64,000 nt of DNA, from the NCBI GenBank assembly GCA_041483895.1, contig JBGPGO010000001.1, positions 288,001 to 352,000 of the forward strand, read 5' to 3'. The notes beneath the pieces were generated by a model. That model was not told the DNA's origin. It saw nothing but the letters and a program-made list of their open reading frames with translations, and ran no database searches. The DNA is from Fimbriimonadia bacterium. GTDB taxonomy: Bacteria; Armatimonadota; Fimbriimonadia; Fimbriimonadales; JABRVX01. Every line of letters starts with the position of its first letter. The stretch's first letter is position 1. Shown piece after piece: positions 37,816-47,084 of the stretch. A program made the translations under genes and the position numbers.

Positions 37816-40716
37816 ATGATGCTTTTCGCCCTCATCCTCTTCTCGCAGACCGCTTTCCGTGACTTTCCCGCCGCGTTTACCACTTACGGCGATGGGGACT
37901 GGGGCGTCCGCAATGGCCGCCTCGAACAGAGCAAGCCCGCCTACGATATCGCTGCCATTCAAAATAAGAAGCCATCCATGGCCGCCTTCGCTCTCACCGT
38001 GGTCTTTGAGCGATTGGGAGACGCGATGGGCGGCGGGCTGATGTTCAACTGCCGCAATAAGGACAAGAAAAACGATTCCATGATGGTGCGGCCGGATGGA
38101 GACAACCTCCTGTACGGCCACTTCGATGACGCCGGCGTCTTCCAGCCGTCCGGTTCGCCGGTGGTTACGACGAAGGCCGGAAAGAACACGCTGACAGTGG
38201 TCGCGGACAACGGCAAGGGCCGGTACAGCGTTTTGCTCAACGGCGTCCGGGTCGTCACGAACGCATTGCTCGACTACACCTCCGGCTATGTCGGCGTCAC
38301 ATCCAGCGGCGGGCCGCACGCATTCTATGATCTGCGTGTTGAGTCTGCTCCGGCGGCAGAGCTATCGGAGCTGACATCTTCCGTGATCCCCAGACCGGTC
38401 TCCGTCGCGGTCGGCGATAAGGTGTTGTATGTTCTGACGCATGATAACCCCCCGATTCAGGTGTGGAGCAAGGAGGGCAAACTGCTCCGAAAGATCGGAC
38501 CTGTGATGACCGGCCAACGAAAGATTGAGATCGTGGTTGATCCGGATGCACCCGGAAAGGGACGGTTGATTGTCGATTCCGAGAAACTGCTGTTGCTGGA
38601 CGCACAGAACGGCAAGACGCTGGCATCATCCAACCGGCCGGAAGATGCCGTCGGCGGTACCGTCGCCTACCTGATTCATACGCCGATGTATTGGTGGGTT
38701 TCGAAGGACAAGCAGCTCATCATGGACTATCCCGGAATGGCTCATCCGCGCCGCATACCGGTCCCGAAGCTCAACAAGCCCACGTGCATTGGATACCACT
38801 TTGGCAGGCTGTATGTGATGGATTCGGACACCGAGCATGGCAAGTTCGAGACCCACGTGTTCAATCTGGACGACAATCCGATTGGGGCTATTTATGATTA
38901 CTCGTTCAGCTCCTGGCTCGATCCGAAAAGTGTGGCGTTTTTGCCGAATGGCGACATGGTCTATTCCGGCGGACTGGGCTACTACGAGTCTGGCGGCACC
39001 ATTCGGGTCTTGCACATAGATGGTTCTCGCGTTGACAACACGTCGGTTTTCATGTACGGAACGTTAAGCCGCCGAGCGAGTGTGGCGACGGGAGCGGACC
39101 GGAAGATCTACGTCGCCGATCCAGACGCGGAAGCGGTGTATATTCTCGGAGAGGGTATGGTGGAGCCGCGGCTGTATGAGTCCGATCCGGATGTCCAACC
39201 GGGGCAGAATGGCAGCGATATCAACATTCGATGGTACAGCACCGTTGATACCGGCGGCATGGTTCGATATGGCAGGGAAGGCACATGGCACACCGTATCG
39301 GCGGAGCGTTCTGGAAAGTGGTGGTTCGCGACGTTGAAGGGGCTGCCGCCGAATACGCGGTATGACTACTACTTCAAGCCGGGACCGCGCATGCTTCCTG
39401 TTGTGCGCACGTCGCGAAAATACACGTTCCTCACGCCGCCGCCGCCCGGTAAACGGCAGGCGGTCGAAGTTAATATCCTGACCGCTATCTACCTAAAGAC
39501 CTTCGCCGATGGAAAGAACCACTACACCATCGGAGAAGAGGGCGTGCTGGACAAAGTCAAGAGAGAGTTCGCGAAGGGGCGTCTGTTCTATTGGCGCAAC
39601 AGCCGCTGCCGATTCCACATGAAAATGAACGACTTCGTGATCGTTCGCGACACAGAGGCGATCGTGAACGGCGGCTGGCTGGAGCCCAATCGCGCGAAGG
39701 CCGACCTCGCGAAGATGGGTGTCGACGCATCGAAATATGATTCTTTGGTGACTGTCTGGGCGGAGCCGGGATTCAACCCCAACACCGACGATGAATTGGG
39801 AGCGGTCGGCGGTGGGGGATTGACGCCGTACGGTTATTCGACGTTTGGAATCAATGGCCGCCTCGCATGGCTTCTGACGCATGAATACAACCACCAGGTG
39901 GATGCGTTCTACGATCGATCGGGATCGGTGAAGTATTGGCTCAACCATCCGGAATTCACGGTGCATCCAGGCCGGTTTGGGCAGCACTTCGATTGCAACG
40001 CATTCATTCTGCGTGAATGGCGGGATGATGAGTATTTCACCAACGAATTTGGCAAGATCATTTTGTATGATGATAAAGATGGGGACGGAATGCCAGATGA
40101 GGATGCAACTCTTCCGATGGACGAGAAGCGATTCGGGAGCGATCCGAAGAAGAAGAATACCGACGGGGACTGGCTGGACGATTTGGGCGAATTCATGGCG
40201 GGTATCTTTAGCGCGACCGATCCGACGGACCCAAAATCCGTCCGGTTGTATTCCTGCGATCCTGTCATCCTCCAGACGCCTATGGAGCGTCCAATTGAAT
40301 TGCGATCACCAAACACCGTCTATCCACCGGGGAGCGATCCATCGAAGGCGCCGGCCGGAAGTTTGGGAACGGTCGGCATCACATGGTCGTCGGGTGGCCT
40401 CGATCTCACTTTCCAACTCGCTGACTCAAAACCGTTCCGCGGGCAGATCGATTTCGACATGGACAACGACGGCTGGTTCACTGGCCACGATAATTTTGAA
40501 TTTGGCTTCGACACGGCGAACAGTTCCGTAAGGCCGCCTGGCGCTAGTTTGACTTCCTCGGGGTCGTCGTTCGTCTTCCACATTCCGGCGTCCAGTTTGG
40601 GAGTGGATACGCTGCAAGACGGGCACATGTTTGGGCTGCGGCTCCGTGTGGAACAGGATGGCAAGGCAGTTTCGGCATTCGATCCTTGGACGCTCGAGCC
40701 GTTTTATCTCAGGTAG
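37816..40716 (+). CDS. Large secreted multidomain protein with HExxH metallopeptidase motif
   Basis: Lectin-like N-domain, NHL-like repeats, FN3-like segment (GLPPNTRYDY), LTHEYNHQVD and DxDGDG repeats. Confidence 0.72.
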   Translation: MMLFALILFSQTAFRDFPAAFTTYGDGDWGVRNGRLEQSKPAYDIAAIQNKKPSMAAFALTVVFERLGDAMGGGLMFNCRNKDKKNDSMMVRPDGDNLLYGHFDDAGVFQPSGSPVVTTKAGKNTLTVVADNGKGRYSVLLNGVRVVTNALLDYTSGYVGVTSSGGPHAFYDLRVESAPAAELSELTSSVIPRPVSVAVGDKVLYVLTHDNPPIQVWSKEGKLLRKIGPVMTGQRKIEIVVDPDAPGKGRLIVDSEKLLLLDAQNGKTLASSNRPEDAVGGTVAYLIHTPMYWWVSKDKQLIMDYPGMAHPRRIPVPKLNKPTCIGYHFGRLYVMDSDTEHGKFETHVFNLDDNPIGAIYDYSFSSWLDPKSVAFLPNGDMVYSGGLGYYESGGTIRVLHIDGSRVDNTSVFMYGTLSRRASVATGADRKIYVADPDAEAVYILGEGMVEPRLYESDPDVQPGQNGSDINIRWYSTVDTGGMVRYGREGTWHTVSAERSGKWWFATLKGLPPNTRYDYYFKPGPRMLPVVRTSRKYTFLTPPPPGKRQAVEVNILTAIYLKTFADGKNHYTIGEEGVLDKVKREFAKGRLFYWRNSRCRFHMKMNDFVIVRDTEAIVNGGWLEPNRAKADLAKMGVDASKYDSLVTVWAEPGFNPNTDDELGAVGGGGLTPYGYSTFGINGRLAWLLTHEYNHQVDAFYDRSGSVKYWLNHPEFTVHPGRFGQHFDCNAFILREWRDDEYFTNEFGKIILYDDKDGDGMPDEDATLPMDEKRFGSDPKKKNTDGDWLDDLGEFMAGIFSATDPTDPKSVRLYSCDPVILQTPMERPIELRSPNTVYPPGSDPSKAPAGSLGTVGITWSSGGLDLTFQLADSKPFRGQIDFDMDNDGWFTGHDNFEFGFDTANSSVRPPGASLTSSGSSFVFHIPASSLGVDTLQDGHMFGLRLRVEQDGKAVSAFDPWTLEPFYLR

Positions 40717-40803
40717 ACGCGGGCCAGCTTGCCGATACCCTTTCGTCCGCCGAATCCAAAGGCCCGCGTTTGACCACGGCGGAAGCGCCACAACGATTGG
40801 ATA

Positions 40804-41379
40804 TCAGAAATTCCCGCCTTCGTCACTGCCGCGGTGGATCTCCACCATTCGGCCGGCGTCATCGATCATCTTCATGACGCTCATACCCGGACCGGGGCCG
40901 CCACCGCCCTGCATCCGGCTGATCGCATCCTGCTGTTGTGGCGAAAGGTCCTCCCAATTCAGATAGCCGCGGTCATCCATCAGGTCCCATTGCTTTCGGT
41001 TCAGCATTCCATGAATGCCTTCGCTCGCCTTAATTCCTTGCAGATCGGTCTTCCCTTTTAGGATGTACTCGCCGTCCTTGCCCTCTTTCCACGTCGAGGA
41101 AGAGGCCTTGGCGATAGCCGCCAACAGTTCGCGTAAGGGCCTGTCGGTCCGCAGAGCATAGACATGGGCATCCTGTTTCGCCTTCGCGTTCATCGCCAGC
41201 TTGAGGCCAGTTTTCGTCGCGATCCCCTCCACAATCTCCGACAAAGATTGGCCTTTGATTGTGGTTTTGTACACTTCGTCGAACTTCGGGCTGCCGGCAA
41301 ACAGCTTGGAAGCCTCCGTCTGCCCATGCCCATAGCTGCCCAAGAAAATACCAATTGCTAATGCAATCCATTTATTCAT
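40804..41379 (-). CDS. Hypothetical secreted protein (tandem paralogue of next gene)
   Basis: Signal peptide; STN-like domain; GYLNWEDLSPQQQ. Confidence 0.72.
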   Translation of the reverse strand: MNKWIALAIGIFLGSYGHGQTEASKLFAGSPKFDEVYKTTIKGQSLSEIVEGIATKTGLKLAMNAKAKQDAHVYALRTDRPLRELLAAIAKASSSTWKEGKDGEYILKGKTDLQGIKASEGIHGMLNRKQWDLMDDRGYLNWEDLSPQQQDAISRMQGGGGPGPGMSVMKMIDDAGRMVEIHRGSDEGGNF

Positions 41380-41978
41380 TGGTCGTCTCCAAATTTGATG
41401 GTCAGGTCGCCGAATTCGGGCGAGCGGAACTTCATCGCCATGTGATTTCCCTCTTCTCCCCAATGCGGGTTGATCGACTTGAGGTGCTCTTGCTGTTCCG
41501 GCGTGAGATCGTTCCAGCCCAGGTAGCCCTGCTGCCTGTGGAGCGCCTTTTGCTGGTCCGTGAAGCTTCCGATGAACTTTTGCATGTCGGCCTTGTTGGC
41601 CTTGAGTCCGCCTGGACCGAGCGGGGTTGGAACGGAAAACTTCTTCGCGCTTGGCTGCAAGATGATGAAATCTCCCTCGCGCTTCCAGACACCGCTGACC
41701 TCTCTTGCGAGGTCAACCAATAGTTTGCGCAGCGTAACATTCGTTAGCTTTAGGTTCGGTTTGGTGCCCAACTGGTCCGGGTGCAGTTGGGCAACGATCT
41801 CCAGACTGAACTTTTCCCCAATGTCGTTGATGACTTCTTGGACTGGCTTATCGGCGGTCGTGTAGTCCACCGCCTTGTCAAATCGTTCCTCCGGGAAGGT
41901 GGCGTCCTTCGCCTTGACTTCCTGTCCCATCGCCGCGACCGATACGGCCAGGACGAAAGCGCTGATGATTGCTTTCAA
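41376..41978 (-). CDS. Hypothetical secreted protein (tandem paralogue)
   Basis: AGGAGG RBS; STN-like domain; GYLGWNDLTPEQQ; ATGA overlap with the downstream gene. Confidence 0.72.
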   Translation of the reverse strand: MKAIISAFVLAVSVAAMGQEVKAKDATFPEERFDKAVDYTTADKPVQEVINDIGEKFSLEIVAQLHPDQLGTKPNLKLTNVTLRKLLVDLAREVSGVWKREGDFIILQPSAKKFSVPTPLGPGGLKANKADMQKFIGSFTDQQKALHRQQGYLGWNDLTPEQQEHLKSINPHWGEEGNHMAMKFRSPEFGDLTIKFGDDQ

Positions 41979-42040
41979 AACCAACCTCCTGTTTTAGCCC
42001 CTGACGATACGATCTTCAGGGTAAAGGGCTGCCTCGGTGC

Positions 42041-42069
42041 CATGCACACATTTGGTACGAATGTGCATG
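42041..42069. promoter_or_regulatory. Imperfect inverted repeat in the divergent region upstream of the sdh operon
   Basis: catgca(ca)catt-tggtacg-aatgtgcatg, upstream of TAAAAT at 42093. Confidence 0.4.
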
Positions 42070-42143
42070 AGCGGAAAGTTTCCGGCGACGGGTAAAATCT
42101 CATTCCGGTTCCCGCTTATCGCTGCGGGCACATGGAGGTGACC

Positions 42144-42911
42144 TTGGCGACGACTTCTCAAACCGCCGAGCCGCGGGCGATAACCCATCCGCGCCGGAAG
42201 GATGCTTGGTGGGTGATGCCGCTTTTCACCGTTGTGGTTTTGGGCGGTTTCGGAGTGTACGCGACGTTTCGAGCGTTCGAAGGGTTTTGGTCTCCAGAAC
42301 TGGCCGGCTTCGAGAACTACCTTTCCCCGTTCTACTCACCGCCGATTGCCGAATGGCTGGGCATTCAGCATCTCGTGCCGACGGCGATCCTGATCTTGGC
42401 CTTCCCACTCACCTTCCGACTGACCTGCTACTACTATCGCAAGGCCTATTATCGAGCGTTCTTCTGGGACCCGCCCGCCTGCGCCCTGCCTGAGAGACGG
42501 AAAAAATACAAAGGTGAGACGGCATTTCCGTTCGTGCTCGTCAATATCCATCGGATCACCTTCTTCTTCGCGGCGATATTCGTGGCGTTCCTTTGGTACG
42601 ACACCTTTCAGGCCTTCATCTTTGACGGCAGGTTTGGCATCGGGCTCGGCAGCATTCTGTTCCTCGTCAACATCGTCTTGCTCTCGGTCTACACCTTCTC
42701 GTGCCACTCATTCCGGCACCTGATCGGAGGCAAGCTGGACTGCTTCTCCTGCCCAAAGGCACAGATTCGGTACAAGCTTTGGAACCGGGTCTCCATCTGG
42801 AATCGCAACCACATGCTCTGGGCTTGGCTCAGCCTGTTTTCCGTTGCGATTGTCGACATCTATGTTCGGTTTTTGGCGGCAGGCATAATCACCGATGTGA
42901 GGTTTTTCTAA
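42144..42911 (+). CDS. Succinate dehydrogenase membrane anchor, mycobacterial Sdh1 (Rv0249c)-like
   Basis: YLSPFYSP, FRLTCYYYRKAYYRAF..PPAC and SCHSFRH.IGG.LDCFSC; located before sdhA. Confidence 0.85.
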   Translation: MATTSQTAEPRAITHPRRKDAWWVMPLFTVVVLGGFGVYATFRAFEGFWSPELAGFENYLSPFYSPPIAEWLGIQHLVPTAILILAFPLTFRLTCYYYRKAYYRAFFWDPPACALPERRKKYKGETAFPFVLVNIHRITFFFAAIFVAFLWYDTFQAFIFDGRFGIGLGSILFLVNIVLLSVYTFSCHSFRHLIGGKLDCFSCPKAQIRYKLWNRVSIWNRNHMLWAWLSLFSVAIVDIYVRFLAAGIITDVRFF

Positions 42912-44729
42912 ATGACCGAGTCGTTCGACCAATTTGAATACGATGTGCTGATCATCGGCGCCGGGGGAGCGGGGCTTCGCGGCGCGATCGCAGCGCAAGA
43001 GGCCGGCGTAAAGATTGGGCTAGTCTGCAAGTCTCTGTTGGGAAAAGCGCACACGGTGATGGCGGAGGGGGGCGCCGCCGCGGCCCTCGGCAATCTGGAC
43101 GAAAAAGACGATTGGAAGGTCCACTTCGTCGATACAATGAAAGGCGGCAAATTTCTCAACGATCCCAGAACGGTGGAGATTTTCGCGAAGGAGGCGCCGG
43201 AACGGGTTCTGGAATTGGAGAAATACGGCGCGGTGTTCGACCGTACGAACAAGGGTCTGATCTCACAGCGGCCATTCGGTGGGCACCTATATCGGCGATT
43301 GAATCATATCGGCGACCGCACCGGACTCGAGCTGATCCGCACGTTGCAGGACAAGGCCGTGGGCATCGGCGTTCCGGTTCACATGGAGATTACGCTGACC
43401 GCGCTGCTGAAGGATGGCGGCCGGGTAAGCGGGGCCATCGGATACAACCGTGACTCCGGCAAGCTGATCGTTTTCAAGGCAAAGGCGGTCGTTCTGGCAA
43501 CGGGCGGATGGGGAAAGATGTTCAAGATCACATCCAACTCCTGGGAAAGCACGGGAGATGGCGGGGCGATGGCTTACGATGCCGGAGCGGAGCTGAAGGA
43601 TATGGAGTTCGTGCAGTTCCATCCGACCGGCATGGTGTGGCCGCCGGGAGTTCGGGGTTTGCTCGTGACCGAGGCCGTGCGGGGCGACGGCGGCATCCTG
43701 ACAAACTCGAAGGGCGACCGGTTCATGTTCAAGCCGGAATACATGCCCGCGCAATACGTGGGCCAATACGCCGAATCGCCGGAGGAAGCGAACCGATGGC
43801 TGACGGATAAAACCAACTACCGCCGGCCTCCAGAGTTGCTGCCGCGCGACGTCGTTGCGAGGTCCATCTACAAGGAGGTACAGGCAGGTCTTGGAAGCGA
43901 ACACGGGGGCGCTTACTTGGACATTCGGCATCGAGGCGCGAAGTTCATCAAAGAGAAGCTGCCGAGCATGTACGACCAGTTCCACACGTTGGGCGACATC
44001 GATATCACGACTCAGCGCATGGAGGTCGCGCCGACCATCCACTACACGATGGGTGGGATTCGGAGCGAGGCGGACAGCTGCGCGACGACGCTTGCCGGTC
44101 TGTACGCGGCGGGCGAATGCGCCTGCGGTTTGCATGGGGCGAATCGGTTAGGTGGCAACTCGCTCAGCGACCTGCTTGTCTTTGGTAAACGCGCCGGGGA
44201 ATATGCGGCCGAATTCGCATCGAAGAGTGGTGAAGTATCGTTGGATGAGGGCCAGATTGAGGCGGAAACCTCCCTGCTGCTGGCCCCCTTTGCCGGCAGC
44301 GGCAACGAAAACCCATTCCAAATGCACAAGGAGCTGCAGGCGATTATGGGGGAACATGCCGGTATCGCGCGCACCACTCAGGGACTCGCGGATGGTCTCG
44401 CGCAGCTGCTGAAAGTGAAGCAGCGGCTTTCCGATCTCAAGGCACAGGGCGGACGGGAATACAACCCGAGCTGGCACACATGCCGCGACGTTCGAAGCAT
44501 GGTCACTCTGGCGGAAGCCATCTTGCGGTGCGCCGCGGAGCGCAAGGAGAGCCGAGGCGGGCATTGGTACCTGGACTATCCCGACGAGTCGGAAGTCTGG
44601 GCGAAGCAGAACACAATCGCCGTCCAGGAAAACGGGGAGATGAGCGTACGGACGGTCCCGCTGGCGGAGATGCCGGCGGCGTTACAGGCGCTTTTTGAGG
44701 ACCCTGCAAAGGTGGCGGTGAAGGCATGA
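42912..44729 (+). CDS. sdhA: Succinate dehydrogenase/fumarate reductase flavoprotein
   Basis: GAGGAG, KAHTVMAEGG, QFHPTG, HYTMGG, HGANRLGGNSL and ESRGGH. Confidence 0.95.
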   Translation: MTESFDQFEYDVLIIGAGGAGLRGAIAAQEAGVKIGLVCKSLLGKAHTVMAEGGAAAALGNLDEKDDWKVHFVDTMKGGKFLNDPRTVEIFAKEAPERVLELEKYGAVFDRTNKGLISQRPFGGHLYRRLNHIGDRTGLELIRTLQDKAVGIGVPVHMEITLTALLKDGGRVSGAIGYNRDSGKLIVFKAKAVVLATGGWGKMFKITSNSWESTGDGGAMAYDAGAELKDMEFVQFHPTGMVWPPGVRGLLVTEAVRGDGGILTNSKGDRFMFKPEYMPAQYVGQYAESPEEANRWLTDKTNYRRPPELLPRDVVARSIYKEVQAGLGSEHGGAYLDIRHRGAKFIKEKLPSMYDQFHTLGDIDITTQRMEVAPTIHYTMGGIRSEADSCATTLAGLYAAGECACGLHGANRLGGNSLSDLLVFGKRAGEYAAEFASKSGEVSLDEGQIEAETSLLLAPFAGSGNENPFQMHKELQAIMGEHAGIARTTQGLADGLAQLLKVKQRLSDLKAQGGREYNPSWHTCRDVRSMVTLAEAILRCAAERKESRGGHWYLDYPDESEVWAKQNTIAVQENGEMSVRTVPLAEMPAALQALFEDPAKVAVKA

Positions 44730-45475
44730 GGGAAGCGACGTTACGGGTGTTTCGTGGCGATAAAGGCGGCGGCAGTGAGGTCGAATACCACGTGCCGATT
44801 GAAGAGGGCTGGGTTGTGCTCGACGCCATCCATCATATCCAGGCCGAAATGGACGGGACGCTTGCCTGCCGGTGGAATTGCAAGGCGGCGAAGTGCGGTT
44901 CTTGCAGCGCGGAAATCAACGGGAAGCCGGCACTGTTGTGCAAAACCCGCATTGACGCTCTGCCGCAGGGCAGGCCGATTGTGGTCTATCCGATCCGAAC
45001 TTTCCCACTGATCCGCGACCTGGTAACGGACGTTTCCTGGAATTATGAGGTCGCCAAGAGAATCAAGCCGTTCCAATACGACCCGGCAATCGGCGACAAG
45101 CCGTTTGTCATGTATCAGAACGATTTGGGCCGGCCGCGCGAATTCCGCAAGTGCATCGAGTGCTTCCTATGTCAAAACGTGTGCCACGTGCTGCGGGACC
45201 ATGGCGCCAAATCCCAATATTTTGGCCCGCGCCACATGATCCGTCTTGCCGGGTTGGAAATGCACCCCATGGACGTCGAGGATCGCACGGAGATGATCTG
45301 GAAAGAGGGCGGCGTCGGGTTCTGCAACATCACGAAATGTTGCGAGGAGGTCTGCCCGGAGCATATCCATCTCACCGACAACGCGATCATCCCTCTCAAG
45401 GAGCGCGTGATTGATTCGGTGGGCATGCTGAGAGTCATCAAAGGGTGGGTTAGAGGCAAGACCGACAGCGAATAG
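44726..45475 (+). CDS. sdhB: Succinate dehydrogenase/fumarate reductase Fe-S subunit
   Basis: CKAAKCGSC, CIECFLCQNVC and CNITKCCEEVCP. Confidence 0.95.
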   Translation: MREATLRVFRGDKGGGSEVEYHVPIEEGWVVLDAIHHIQAEMDGTLACRWNCKAAKCGSCSAEINGKPALLCKTRIDALPQGRPIVVYPIRTFPLIRDLVTDVSWNYEVAKRIKPFQYDPAIGDKPFVMYQNDLGRPREFRKCIECFLCQNVCHVLRDHGAKSQYFGPRHMIRLAGLEMHPMDVEDRTEMIWKEGGVGFCNITKCCEEVCPEHIHLTDNAIIPLKERVIDSVGMLRVIKGWVRGKTDSE

Positions 45476-45573
45476 TTCGCTTCGTACTGCGGTAAATACT
45501 GGGGCTACCCAGCGCAATTAGCGATACTTTTCAGTTAATTGTGAGTTTTTTCGCCGATTATTCATCCGAACTG

Positions 45574-45602
45574 TTGCCGATTTCCAATATCTTTGCTAAA
45601 AT
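45574..45602 (+). promoter_or_regulatory. sigma70-type promoter with no downstream sense gene
   Basis: TTGCCG-17 nt-TAAAAT with an extended TG. Confidence 0.55.
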
Positions 45603-45693
45603 GCGAGTTGAGAAAACCATCGGATCGGGGAGCGTCAGAAGGCCACGGCTGTTCTGCAGCCGTGACGTTCTCCCAACCGAATGCCGTAGCCGG

Positions 45694-46608
45694 TCACGGT
45701 GTAGGCAAGACTCGTCTCCCAAAATCATTCGAACGGGAGGCCGAGCCTTGCCTGAGCAAGCGGTCATAAAACAGATACTGGTGCGCCCAGCCGGCCAAGT
45801 TGCCGAACCGATCCCGAAAGAACCGCCCTAGCTCCGCATAGCGCTTGTCCGTGAGCGACTTTCCTTGCCAGTCCGGGAAGTAGCGCTGGCAGCAGGCCTG
45901 CCAAAGATGCGTGTCTATCGGAACGGCTTCGTCGTGCCATAGGCCGAAGAGGCAGACGCAATCCGCCACTTTGCGGCCAACGGAAGGGAGTTCGATCAGA
46001 GCCGCATGGGCTTGCGCGTAGGGGACTTCCCTCTGAGATTCGAGCCACCCTGGCGACCTTTGCAAGAGGGCTTTCGCGGCGGCGATGAGGGTTCGGGAGC
46101 GGTATCCGAATCCGATTCCTGCGAGGTCTTCTTCCCGCAAAGACGCGATGCGTTCCGTGGTCGGAAAAGTGTTGATGCCTTCGGCAAGCGGCTGCCCGTA
46201 TAGTTGGCAGAGCCTTTCGATCATGCCTTTGATGCGAGGGATGTGGTTGTTGACGGTGCAGAGGAAGCTGAACAGGCACTCCTCGGCGCTGTGCCATCGG
46301 AGCAGGCGGAGACCGGCGTACTGCTCGATGATGGGACCAAGCTCTGGCTCGACATCCAGCACGCGGCGTTTTATTTCGTCAAGGGAGGCATCTAGCCGGA
46401 ACATCTCCCGGAGCCAATCCTCCCTGCCTTGCACTGGAAAGGTCTCATACTCGAAACCGTCAGTCGCCTTCCGCATCCGCAACACGCGCGGCCCATCAAC
46501 GCCAGTCCACCACCCGTCCCGCTCTTTCCACCGAAACACCTGCCCGCTGGAGACACAGAGAGGGAGGTCAAAATCTGAGGGTCGGCAAGGTAGCAACCGA
46601 AGAGTCAA
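45694..46608 (-). CDS. OGG1-type 8-oxoguanine DNA glycosylase/AP lyase
   Basis: SGQVFRW, LFSFLC..NNHI.RI, GFGYR, HhH LPSVGRKVADC, VPIDTH and AGWAHQYLF. TTG start overlaps the upstream TGA. Confidence 0.9.
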   Translation of the reverse strand: MTLRLLPCRPSDFDLPLCVSSGQVFRWKERDGWWTGVDGPRVLRMRKATDGFEYETFPVQGREDWLREMFRLDASLDEIKRRVLDVEPELGPIIEQYAGLRLLRWHSAEECLFSFLCTVNNHIPRIKGMIERLCQLYGQPLAEGINTFPTTERIASLREEDLAGIGFGYRSRTLIAAAKALLQRSPGWLESQREVPYAQAHAALIELPSVGRKVADCVCLFGLWHDEAVPIDTHLWQACCQRYFPDWQGKSLTDKRYAELGRFFRDRFGNLAGWAHQYLFYDRLLRQGSASRSNDFGRRVLPTP

Positions 46609-47084
46609 AAGAATTGGCCAATGTACCGCTGTCGAAAGCCACTTGCAGAAGGTTGATTGTGGGCCAACTGTGTACAATTCCACGACTCCCAAGCATCCTC
46701 TTGGCACTCTCGCGCTAACTTTCGGCCAATCGATTCTCGGTCTATTGCTAGTTCACTAGTTAGTTGTTCGCACTTGCCGACAGGACCAAGCACGATGACC
46801 CGCTCGCGTAAATGTTCCGGAACAACTTCCAAAAATCGCTCTCTCCTCTGTTCGCCCTCATTATCGAAGTCGATAACGACAATGACGATTCTTTGCGAAT
46901 AGTTATCCAATTCATTGATCTGTCGCTCCAGTTGAACTTCTGCCCTGGGCCATCCACCGGCCGGCTGCCTGATATCAAATTGATTCCTATGTGCATTTTC
47001 GATGGCGAAACCCCTAGCTATGTCTGCCAACTTGCTGTCCTCCACAATAACATGCAAATGAGGCCGAAACTTATTGATTGACAA
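46605..47084 (-). CDS. Hypothetical TOPRIM-like partner of the ABC ATPase
   Basis: HVIVED and IVVIDFD acidic motifs; overlaps the ATPase 3' end. Confidence 0.7.
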   Translation of the reverse strand: MSINKFRPHLHVIVEDSKLADIARGFAIENAHRNQFDIRQPAGGWPRAEVQLERQINELDNYSQRIVIVVIDFDNEGEQRRERFLEVVPEHLRERVIVLGPVGKCEQLTSELAIDRESIGRKLARECQEDAWESWNCTQLAHNQPSASGFRQRYIGQFF

